Positions 1 through 8,229 of a DNA stretch of 64,000 bases are shown in pieces. The DNA is from Candidatus Multivoradales bacterium. Lineage in GTDB: Bacteria > Acidobacteriota > Thermoanaerobaculia > Multivoradales > JAHEKO01. Below the pieces are notes generated by a model. It searched no databases. It worked only from the letters and a program-made list of their open reading frames with translations, and had not been told where the DNA came from. The position numbers were made by a program, and so were the translations under genes. Location: assembly GCA_965248055.1 (NCBI GenBank), contig CBDFIJ010000004.1:2016001-2080000 (forward strand), given 5' to 3'. How positions within the stretch are numbered: the first letter of the stretch is position 1; each line of letters opens with the position of its first letter.

Positions 1-45
1 GCATCGCAGGAGTGGCTGCGGCATTTAGTAACTAGGATTTAGAAG

Positions 46-432
46 GTGTCCAGTGGACGACAACAAGCACTCTTGTGGGGTGTGGTGGCTGTGGTTTTAA
101 TCCTGGCGGCGCCTCTAATCGCAGCAGCAGTTCCGGCGATTCCAGGATGTCCACTGAAGACGATTTCTGGAGTGCCCTGTCCAGCTTGTGGGTCTGGACG
201 CGCTGCCATCGCCTTGAGCCAGGGGCATTTCGGCGAGGCGTTCCGCTGGAATCCAGGGGCGTCGTCATTTGCAGTTTTGTTCGTCGTTGGTGGATTGGCG
301 TTCGGGACCGCCGCGGCTCGCGGTATTGAGCCTCCGGGCTTGGTGAGAGAGCTTCCGGTTTGGGCTCGATGGGGTTTGCTGTCGCTGTTGGTTGTGAACT
401 GGATCTACGTTTGGCGGGTTGCCGAGTTATAG
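46..432 (+). CDS. DUF2752 family membrane protein
   Basis: CPLKTISGVPCPACGSGRA...F.EAFRWNP motif flanked by hydrophobic segments. Confidence 0.85.
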   Translation: MSSGRQQALLWGVVAVVLILAAPLIAAAVPAIPGCPLKTISGVPCPACGSGRAAIALSQGHFGEAFRWNPGASSFAVLFVVGGLAFGTAAARGIEPPGLVRELPVWARWGLLSLLVVNWIYVWRVAEL

Positions 433-459
433 AAACGGGTACTCCGTTAGGGATAAACC

Positions 460-987
460 ATGTGCGCTGACCATCGACCTAACCCGGAAGAGTACGCTGA
501 GTACTATCAGGGATATATCGGGCAGGTTCCAGAGGGGCCGATTCTCGCGCGGCTAGAAACGCAGGTAGACAAGTTGCAGCGAGATCTGCTGGCAGTCGAC
601 GAAGTCTCGGCGAATTTCCGCTATCAAGAAGGAAAGTGGAGTGCCAGGCAAGTGTTGGGTCACATGACGGACGTAGAGGCGGTTTTTGCCTACCGAGCCC
701 TGGCGATAGCTCGCGGCGACAGCCAAGCGATCCCAGGGATGGACCAGGATGCATGGATGGAAGCGTCTCCCTTCGAGCAACAAACTTGGCGGCAACTGAT
801 CGACAACTTGATCGCCCAGCGTCGGGTAACGCTGTCCATCTTTTGCGGACTGAGCGATCAAGATTGGGATCGAACGGGTGTTGCTTCTGACTGCCGTTTT
901 ACCGTTCGATCAATCGCCTGGATCCTTGCCGGGCACTGGATCCACCACAAGACGATTTTGCGCGATCGCTACCAAATCGGCGATTAA
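460..987 (+). CDS. DinB family protein
   Basis: Y..GKWSARQVLGHMTD...AYRAL...GHWIHH motifs. Confidence 0.88.
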   Translation: MCADHRPNPEEYAEYYQGYIGQVPEGPILARLETQVDKLQRDLLAVDEVSANFRYQEGKWSARQVLGHMTDVEAVFAYRALAIARGDSQAIPGMDQDAWMEASPFEQQTWRQLIDNLIAQRRVTLSIFCGLSDQDWDRTGVASDCRFTVRSIAWILAGHWIHHKTILRDRYQIGD

Positions 988-1007
988 TTCTGGGAGGTAT
1001 CAAACCA

Positions 1008-1322
1008 ATGCCCATTCGCCGTTCGGTCATTTGGTTGGTCGTAGCGCTGGCGATCTTGGCGATCGATGCCAGCCGTGCCCCGCAGTCTCAGGTGACCGGT
1101 CGAATGGCCGGTGCAGCGATCAACGCCTACCAGGCCATGCTATCTCCTTGGATGGGTAGTTTCGGTGTGGGGTGCCGTTTTGATCCAACTTGTAGCCACT
1201 ACGGCGAAGAAGTGATCCGACGTTACGGGATTGCACGGGGAGGCTATTTGGTGGCCAGAAGAATTGTTCGTTGTGGACCGTGGACACCAGCGGGAACCAG
1301 CGATCCACCACCGACGGACTAG
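1008..1322 (+). CDS. yidD: Membrane protein insertion efficiency factor YidD
   Basis: YQ..LSP...CRFDPTCSHYG...G..RG..L..RRIVRCGPW; GGAGG SD upstream. Confidence 0.9.
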   Translation: MPIRRSVIWLVVALAILAIDASRAPQSQVTGRMAGAAINAYQAMLSPWMGSFGVGCRFDPTCSHYGEEVIRRYGIARGGYLVARRIVRCGPWTPAGTSDPPPTD

Positions 1323-1604
1323 GCCTGTGCCTTCTGAGTGCGTGGTTAAGCACAGCGCTTTCACCCCGAACCGCACAATTTCGCTTCTTAGTGGCAGACC
1401 GCAACGCGACACATCGTACCGTACCTCGAAGTGACTGAGAACCACCGCTGATTTGGCGAGCAGCCGCTATACTTCGAGGTTGGTCAAGTGTTCATCGAAG
1501 GCTAGATTCGAGGAGATCGAGGAGCAACGTACGCAAGGTGAGGCGGTGAACGACCGTGGCTGGCGCGTCGCGGGAATGCTACCTATGGAGTTACAATCAC
1601 CCAG

Positions 1605-2474
1605 GTGAACCAGAACAAACTCTTCTTCGCCCGCTGCCTCTACTGGACCGGGTTGGAGGCGGCACTTCGCGGCCTGTTGTCAGCTGTATGGGGACGACAT
1701 GTACGCGTGGTCAACTATCACGATGTACCGTTGTCACTGGCCGACAATTTTGAGCGTCAATTGCGTTTCTTCCTTCGGCATTTCGTCGCCGTTACGCCGG
1801 GTGAACTGGAGGCTCTGCGTACGGGCGAGTCGGTAGAGCGGCTGCACGCCAAACCCGGCCTGATCCTGACCTTTGATGACGGATATCGCTCCCACTCAGA
1901 CGTTGTGGCGCCGCTACTTCAGAAGCATGGCTTTGTCGGTTGGTTCTTTGTTCCGGCCGCCTTTCCGTCGGTGCCAGCAGCGGAGCAGGTCGGCTGGGCG
2001 CACGAGCACAAGATCTTTCCCGCTGAGCCAGTAATGGGCGAACGGGTCGCTATGACCTGGGGCGAGGTCCGGCGACTGGCCCAAGACCACGTGGTGGGCT
2101 GTCACGCGATGCATCATCGCAGGCTGGCGGATTCGCTTACGGTGGAGGACTTGGAGATCGAGATCCCGCTCGCCAAAAATCAACTAGAAGCTGAGCTTGG
2201 CGGCAAAGTGAGTTCGTTCGGTTGGGTGGGCGGCGAGGAATGGTCGTATAGCGCCGCGGCAGCCGACGCCATCCGTCAAGCTGGGTTCCGCTGGAGCTTC
2301 ATGACCAACAATGCTGTCCTGCGTCCTGGATTTGAACCACTGCAGATCCAGCGCACTAACATCGAGGCGAATTATCCCGATGTCGTGACGAGCTTCCAGG
2401 TCTGCGGCCTGCTCGATCTTCTGTACTGGCCCAAGCGACGCCGTGTGAACCGCATTACCGCTGCAGACGGCTAA
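1605..2474 (+). CDS. Polysaccharide deacetylase (NodB/CE4 family)
   Basis: YHDV, LTFDDGY, H..HH motifs; TACAAT 7 nt upstream of GTG. Confidence 0.88.
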   Translation: MNQNKLFFARCLYWTGLEAALRGLLSAVWGRHVRVVNYHDVPLSLADNFERQLRFFLRHFVAVTPGELEALRTGESVERLHAKPGLILTFDDGYRSHSDVVAPLLQKHGFVGWFFVPAAFPSVPAAEQVGWAHEHKIFPAEPVMGERVAMTWGEVRRLAQDHVVGCHAMHHRRLADSLTVEDLEIEIPLAKNQLEAELGGKVSSFGWVGGEEWSYSAAAADAIRQAGFRWSFMTNNAVLRPGFEPLQIQRTNIEANYPDVVTSFQVCGLLDLLYWPKRRRVNRITAADG

Positions 2475-2478
2475 GTCC

Positions 2479-3621
2479 ATGCACGTCGTCCACCACTTCA
2501 CCGAGATTCGGCGTGAGGGCGGCGGTGTACCCCGAGCAGTTCTCGACCTAGTGAGGGTGCAGGCTGAGGCCGGACTTCAAGTCAGCTTGCTGACCGCCGA
2601 AGGCAGCGAACTGCCTGATGAAAAGGAGGTCCAGGCCAAGGTTCTGGAGCCCGTCCGCAGGCCGCTCCAGCGGCTCTCGCGTTCGGGTCGTCGGTGTGCG
2701 GCCGAGGTTCTAAAAGATGCCGATGTGGTGCATCTGCATGGTCTCTGGCGGCCCCGCAATGCCCAGATCGCCCGGCTGGCTCGGCGACTCGGACGGCCCG
2801 TCGTAGTGTCGCCCCACGGCATGCTCAACTCGTGGGGGATGGCCCAGGGCACCCTGCGCAAGGCTCTCTACTTCAGGCTATTCGAGCGCCGTACGCTGCG
2901 CGAAGCGGCGGCGGTGCACTTCGCCGCCGCCCGGGAGCGTGACGAGGCGGCGCGATGGCTGCCAGGCGTGCGCAGTGTTGTCATTCCACTGGCGGTGGAT
3001 CTGGTACCTTTCTTGGAGCTTCCCGGGCCGGACTTGATCAAGGAGAGCAATCCAGAACTGGCGGGTGATGTGCCGGTCATCCTCATGCTCGGGCGGCTCC
3101 ATCCGGGCAAGCGCGCCGACCTTCTTCTGGAAGCTGCTGCCATCCTATGCCAGCGTGGAGTGCAGTTCCGGCTCGTTTTTGCCGGTCGTGGGGAGTCGGC
3201 ATACGAGGGGGAGCTTCGAGCCCTCGTGTCGCGTTATGATCTCGCGGATCACGTGCGATTCTTGGGCTTGGTGGTGGGGCGTGAGAAGCTGTCGCTTTAT
3301 CAGCGGGCTCGGGTCTTCGCACTGCCCACAGAGCACGAGAACTTCGGACTAGTGTTCTTCGAGTCGCTGCTTTGTGGTACGCCGGTGCTGACGACTAGAG
3401 GGGCCGACACATGGCGTGAACTAAAGGAAAGCGGGGGGGTGCGCATCGTCGGTGCTACGTTCGACACCACAGCCGCGGCCTTCGCCGATCAACTGGCCGA
3501 GTTGCTGGCCGACGGTGTGCTGTGCCGGTCGATGGGTGAGTCGGGCAGGCAGTGGAGTATTGAGTACCTCGACGTCGGTCGTGTGATCGCAGGTTTTCGC
3601 GACCTCTACTTCAGCCTGTAG
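2479..3621 (+). CDS. Glycosyltransferase family 4
   Basis: DVVHLHGLW, SPHGML, LGRLHPGKR, ENFGLVFFE motifs. Confidence 0.9.
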   Translation: MHVVHHFTEIRREGGGVPRAVLDLVRVQAEAGLQVSLLTAEGSELPDEKEVQAKVLEPVRRPLQRLSRSGRRCAAEVLKDADVVHLHGLWRPRNAQIARLARRLGRPVVVSPHGMLNSWGMAQGTLRKALYFRLFERRTLREAAAVHFAAARERDEAARWLPGVRSVVIPLAVDLVPFLELPGPDLIKESNPELAGDVPVILMLGRLHPGKRADLLLEAAAILCQRGVQFRLVFAGRGESAYEGELRALVSRYDLADHVRFLGLVVGREKLSLYQRARVFALPTEHENFGLVFFESLLCGTPVLTTRGADTWRELKESGGVRIVGATFDTTAAAFADQLAELLADGVLCRSMGESGRQWSIEYLDVGRVIAGFRDLYFSL

Positions 3622-4012
3622 CTCATCCTTCCTTGGGGCGCTCCAAGATATCCCGCCACATAGCGCAGACAGACAGGCCTCGCAAATCTGCTACGAGAAT
3701 GCCCAAGCCTACCGCGCTTTCCCGCAGCGCGACGTGGAAGCTTTCGTCAAGGGCGAGGCGCTCGGCTACCAGCAACCGCGCCGGCTGTGTCGTACATGAC
3801 GACGAAGTCGCGTCGGGTGGTGAGATTACGCACGCGCAGAACGGCCTCGCCACAGCCATCCGTCATCTGAACTATCTAGGCCACCCAGCCAGCACAGTAA
3901 CGGGCCGCTAGCCGGTTCCGAGGTTGACGAGGTGGATCGTGCAGAACTGAATCCCTTCCGTGTCGGCAAGGTGCTTGTCGCCTGTCCAGTTTGAAAACTT
4001 TCGCCGAGGGAA

Positions 4013-4260
4013 GTTCGGCCATTCGGCTTCTCGTCACATTGGCAGTGCTGGCGCTCAACACCAGCTGTGCGCTGTAGTCTCGGTGTGGGGTGCCGTTTCG
4101 ATCCAACTTGTAGCCACTACGGTGAAGAAGTGATTCGACATCATGGGATTGCACGGGGTAGCTATCTGCTAGCCAGGAGGATTGTTCGTTGTGGACCGTG
4201 GACACCAGTGGGAACCAGCGATCCACCTCCGACGGACTAGTCTTGTGCCTTCTGAGTGCG
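4013..4260 (+). pseudogene. yidD: Degenerate second copy of yidD plus 20 bp of its downstream flank (direct repeat of 1021-1342)
   Basis: 4013-4081 aligns to 1021-1089 (48/69 identical) and 4082-4260 to 1164-1342 (about 162/179); 74-bp internal deletion, in-frame TAG, no start codon. Confidence 0.9.
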
Positions 4261-4282
4261 CGATAGCAGACGGAGGGTGGGA

Positions 4283-5524
4283 TCAGGAGACCGACGGAGC
4301 AGGCTGGGGCAGAAAATGGCGTAGCCCGGCATACAGAAGACCGGTAATCGCCAGCGCTGGGATGGTGGCTCCGGTGACCGAACCGTTGACTTGAAACCAC
4401 TGGTAGGCCAATGCGCCGAAAATCCAAGCAATCGAGCTTGCAAGCGCGAACTGTCCGGTTGGGGTGGGGTCAGACACTTTGCGTCCGGTGAAGAAATGGA
4501 CCAGCGCGATGGCGACGATAGGCAGTAACAGGGTCGCGATCCACTCCATGAAACCGGCGTAGCGATTGAGTAGTCGCGGCGATGCCATGCCGAGGGCGGT
4601 GCCGACTCCACCCATGGTCAACACGGTCAGCCGCTGCGGCGCGCCAGCCCAAAGGTTCTTGACCGCCAGCGACGAAAGATAGATGTTGACGAAGTTGGTG
4701 GTGACCGTGGAAAGAGCCATCAACACCAAGGTGTAGACCGGCAACCCCAGTCCCAAGATCATTGCCGTCGGGCTGTTGCCGCCACTGGCCAGTCCCCCGC
4801 CTGCGCCCACCAGCATCAACCACGCACTGGATAGAGTCAACCCAAAGAACACCGATCGGCTGGCCATCGCCTCCTTGACCTGAAAGCGGGTGTAGTCTGC
4901 GAACATCAAGCTCCAACTGACCTGATATCCAGCCACTAAATCGAGCCCGGCCAGTAGCGGCATACTGCCGTCACCTGCCTGATGCAGTGCTTCTCGACCG
5001 CCGGCACCAAACAACTGAACGGTGAGAGCGATTCCCACCAGAACCAACAAGGGCACTGCGAATCGATCAAATATCGCCATCGCGCGGGGCCCAAACAAGG
5101 CGACGCTGATCGCCAAAACACCGACCACTAGACCCCACATGGCTTGCGGCTGATCGGTGAGTTGCGCCATCGCCTCGGCGGCAATGACATTGTTAACTGC
5201 GATCCAAGCGAAGTTGGTGATGATGAGTAAGACGCTGATAGTCGCCGCTCCGCCGATGCCGAAAGGATGGCGGAGAACCACCATCGACGGTAGACCAAAG
5301 CGAGGGCCGAGCCGAGAAAGAAAAGCCAGTGGCAGGGTGCCCACCAGCATCCCCAACGACACAATCAGAGTTGCTTGAGAGAAGGAAAACGCGGGAGCCA
5401 AAGATCCCCCGGTTACCAGTGTCGTGGTGACGATATTCGCGCCAGCGAACAACAGCAGCACATCCATCACCGAAGCGGTGCGCTCTTGCAGCGGAATGGG
5501 GTGAAGATCGAGACCGGCTTGCAT
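4283..5524 (-). CDS. NCS1 family nucleobase:cation symporter (cytosine permease / CytX-like)
   Basis: About 12 TM segments; GP..GLPSMV.LR.PFG..G and SW....ADYTRF motifs; start at ATG 5524 inferred. Confidence 0.85.
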   Translation of the reverse strand: MQAGLDLHPIPLQERTASVMDVLLLFAGANIVTTTLVTGGSLAPAFSFSQATLIVSLGMLVGTLPLAFLSRLGPRFGLPSMVVLRHPFGIGGAATISVLLIITNFAWIAVNNVIAAEAMAQLTDQPQAMWGLVVGVLAISVALFGPRAMAIFDRFAVPLLVLVGIALTVQLFGAGGREALHQAGDGSMPLLAGLDLVAGYQVSWSLMFADYTRFQVKEAMASRSVFFGLTLSSAWLMLVGAGGGLASGGNSPTAMILGLGLPVYTLVLMALSTVTTNFVNIYLSSLAVKNLWAGAPQRLTVLTMGGVGTALGMASPRLLNRYAGFMEWIATLLLPIVAIALVHFFTGRKVSDPTPTGQFALASSIAWIFGALAYQWFQVNGSVTGATIPALAITGLLYAGLRHFLPQPAPSVS

Positions 5525-5606
5525 GGAGAGTCTCAGAGGAACCGAGAGGCGCGATGCTAGCATCGGTAGCTGGTTGATCCCTTACTGGTCGGCGATTTCA
5601 AGAAAC

Positions 5607-5927
5607 ATGTCTAAACTGATCGAATTCAGACGCAACCCTGAAATGCGGAGCGCTCGCCTCACCTGGGATGACGGGCACACGGCGGAATTTTCATACGACC
5701 ATCTACGCGGCTATTGCCCGTGTGCTGGCTGTCAGGGGCACGGCGCCATGGGTATCAAGTTCTATCCAGTGAGCCAGCAGGTCGATGCGGTCTCGGTAGA
5801 GCCGGTGGGGCGATACGGAATCTCCATCCATTGGTCGGATGGTCACGCTACCGGGATCTACCGCTTCGATTTTTTGCGTGAGATTTGTCCGTGTGAGGTG
5901 TGCACGGCAGAGAAAGTCGCGGGCTAG
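5607..5927 (+). CDS. DUF971 / GBBH-N-like small metal-binding protein
   Basis: W.DGH...LR.YCPCAGC and VG.YGI.I.WSDGH.TGIY motifs. Confidence 0.88.
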   Translation: MSKLIEFRRNPEMRSARLTWDDGHTAEFSYDHLRGYCPCAGCQGHGAMGIKFYPVSQQVDAVSVEPVGRYGISIHWSDGHATGIYRFDFLREICPCEVCTAEKVAG

Positions 5928-5948
5928 CAGCGCTCGTTGAACAGAAGG

Positions 5949-8156
5949 CTATTCGACATAGCCAAGAGCTCTGAGTTGTTCCAGGGTCTCTTCGTCCTGT
6001 TGCGCTTGCTCGGCAACCTGGGAAGATCCCCGCTCCGTGAGTAGCTGGAGCAGCCGAAAATGATACTCAAGAGTTCTCGGTCGTTGCGTCGCGAGATTGA
6101 CCCGGTCAACGGGATCGTTGATCCGATCATAGAGCAGCACCTGTTTCCGCTTGTGATCGATGATCAGCTTCATCGAAGACGTGACAACTGCTTGCGCGGT
6201 ACCTATCTCAGCAAGGGTCAAAGAGTTCGCGATCGTTTTCTTCGAAATCGCGAATCCGTCGAAAGAAGGCGAAGAAGATCCCGCAGCTTGCAAGATGGTC
6301 GCAGGGATATCGACGTGCGAGACGGGTGCCGATATATGGCTTCCTAGTTCGAAGGGCGACTTGCCTTTAGGCCATTTGATAACAAACGGAACGCGGAGTT
6401 GTTCTGCGTACAAAGTTTGACCATGCTGCCAGCCACCGTGGTCGAAAAACTCTTCCCCGTGATCGGCAGTAATGACAATCAGAGAGCCTTGATACAGGCT
6501 CCGTTCTTTGAGACCGGCGATAAATTGACCCAGGGCATCGTCGACTTGTCGTATCTCTGAGTCGTACAAAGACAACAGATCTAGAGTTGGAGGATCGGCC
6601 CTAGACGGTAGCTTCTTGATCGATTCCATACCTCCGATGCTGCGATCTTCAACCGGCCAATAATCTCGGAAGTCGGAGGATGACAAATAGGGGGCGTGGG
6701 GATCGCTTACATGCAGGTAGCCAAACAAAGGATTCCCATCAGGTTGGTTGTCGATCCACTTTAGGGTGGCCCTGCTTGGGACGTGACCACTGTAGTGCTT
6801 GAGATAGCGACCAAAAGGTCGAGGGCGTTGGTAGAGATCGAAACCACGACCCAACCCGACACCTCGGATGTTGGCATTGGTAATCCATCCAGCGGTTCGA
6901 TACCCAAGCAAAGAGAGGGCTTCTGCCAAAGTGGGAACCTCTTTGGCCAGCGCATCTTTGACAGTGAGGATGCCGTGGTTTCGCACGTACTTTCCAGTCA
7001 GAATCGAAGCGACCGAGGGCCGAGTCCAAGAAGACTGGGCTACCGCGCCAGTGAAGACCACTGCTTCGCGCGCCAAGGCGTCTAAGTTGGGAGAAGTGTC
7101 TCGCGAGTAGCCATAGGTCCCCAGATGATCTGCTCGTAAGGTGTCGACAACCCACAGGAATACCGAGGGAGGCTCCTTGTTGGAGGGTAGCGAAGTGCTG
7201 GTCAAAGACTCCATCCGCGCCACTTCTAAGGTCGGCCAAGCGAGTTCTTTGGCTTCGATTTCTGGATCAACCAGTTGGATCGTCGGCTGTCTTCCCAGGG
7301 ACAAGAGTTTGCCCCACCAAGTGCGAGGGGCAATGACCTGCAAAGTCAGGCGAACGTAGTGTTCTTGATCCACGCCAGGGATAGATACTTGGTAGGACGG
7401 GGAGCGTTTGGTCAGTAGGACGTCTAACTGGCGGAGTCCATCGTCTTCCAAGCTGACACGTAACCCATCGCTCGCGGTCAGGTTGAGCTCTTTGAGGCAA
7501 AACGTAAGAGGGCCACGAGCACGTAAAGTGGTACGAAGTCGCCGCGACCCCGTGATCCGGATGTTGTTTTCGCGCGCTTCTTCAACCTTACCTATTGGTA
7601 GGTGGCGCTCCTTCAACCCCAGGCCGATCCACCTGACGGCCAACGGTCGATGATCACTGGATGATGACAATACCTCTTGCGGCCGACGCCACCACCGATA
7701 ACGCAAGCTCACTTGCGCTTCCTTCTCCCCGGTCCATTCCTGGGGCAAGCGCACTCGATAGGTGTGCATCCAAGGAACCAACCGCAGTCGGCGCACAAAG
7801 TTCTCGTCGATCAAGACATCCACCCACTGGACCGTTGCCCCCTGAAATAGAAATGGTTTTCCCGTGATGACAAGGGTTTGTCGGGCAGGCGAGAACGACA
7901 ACTTGATGTTCGAGCGGTCGCCGATTCCCCAAGCACCAACAGTTGGATCAAACGCCCATCCTTGGTCTACTTTCAGCGCCGAGAGTTCTACAGTATTGGT
8001 TGATTGTCCCGATTGAAAATGCAGATCAGGGAGCAAGGCTTGGAGCCCGGTGCTAGCCCAAATAGGGCCAACATGGGCAGCAAGAGCGAGGCAGAATGCG
8101 AGAAGTGGTCGGCGCAAAGGGAACCTAGAAACGCAGCAAGGCAGCAGTGAACTCAA
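5949..8156 (-). CDS. Sulfatase-like hydrolase/transferase with large N-terminal extracytoplasmic region
   Basis: VVDTLRADHL, SSWTRPSVASILTG, DPHAPY, TADHGEEF, LRALGYV; start codon uncertain. Confidence 0.85.
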   Translation of the reverse strand: MSSLLPCCVSRFPLRRPLLAFCLALAAHVGPIWASTGLQALLPDLHFQSGQSTNTVELSALKVDQGWAFDPTVGAWGIGDRSNIKLSFSPARQTLVITGKPFLFQGATVQWVDVLIDENFVRRLRLVPWMHTYRVRLPQEWTGEKEAQVSLRYRWWRRPQEVLSSSSDHRPLAVRWIGLGLKERHLPIGKVEEARENNIRITGSRRLRTTLRARGPLTFCLKELNLTASDGLRVSLEDDGLRQLDVLLTKRSPSYQVSIPGVDQEHYVRLTLQVIAPRTWWGKLLSLGRQPTIQLVDPEIEAKELAWPTLEVARMESLTSTSLPSNKEPPSVFLWVVDTLRADHLGTYGYSRDTSPNLDALAREAVVFTGAVAQSSWTRPSVASILTGKYVRNHGILTVKDALAKEVPTLAEALSLLGYRTAGWITNANIRGVGLGRGFDLYQRPRPFGRYLKHYSGHVPSRATLKWIDNQPDGNPLFGYLHVSDPHAPYLSSSDFRDYWPVEDRSIGGMESIKKLPSRADPPTLDLLSLYDSEIRQVDDALGQFIAGLKERSLYQGSLIVITADHGEEFFDHGGWQHGQTLYAEQLRVPFVIKWPKGKSPFELGSHISAPVSHVDIPATILQAAGSSSPSFDGFAISKKTIANSLTLAEIGTAQAVVTSSMKLIIDHKRKQVLLYDRINDPVDRVNLATQRPRTLEYHFRLLQLLTERGSSQVAEQAQQDEETLEQLRALGYVE

Positions 8157-8229
8157 ACTGCGTGGTTGTTGAGACGATTGATTCCAAGATAGTTCGGAGT
8201 GGTCGGGATGACACTGAGAACGAGTTCAA

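Noticed and set aside
33-48. TAGGAT-7-GTG before the DUF2752 gene as a leaderless promoter
   Set aside because: The TAG is probably also the stop of an upstream gene cut by the window edge, so it was not counted
1021-4260. yidD repeat pair as a diversity-generating retroelement TR/VR
   Set aside because: Differences are not adenine-specific and no reverse transcriptase is present
5525-5606. TPP riboswitch upstream of the NCS1 permease
   Set aside because: The gap is short and I could not identify the full conserved aptamer
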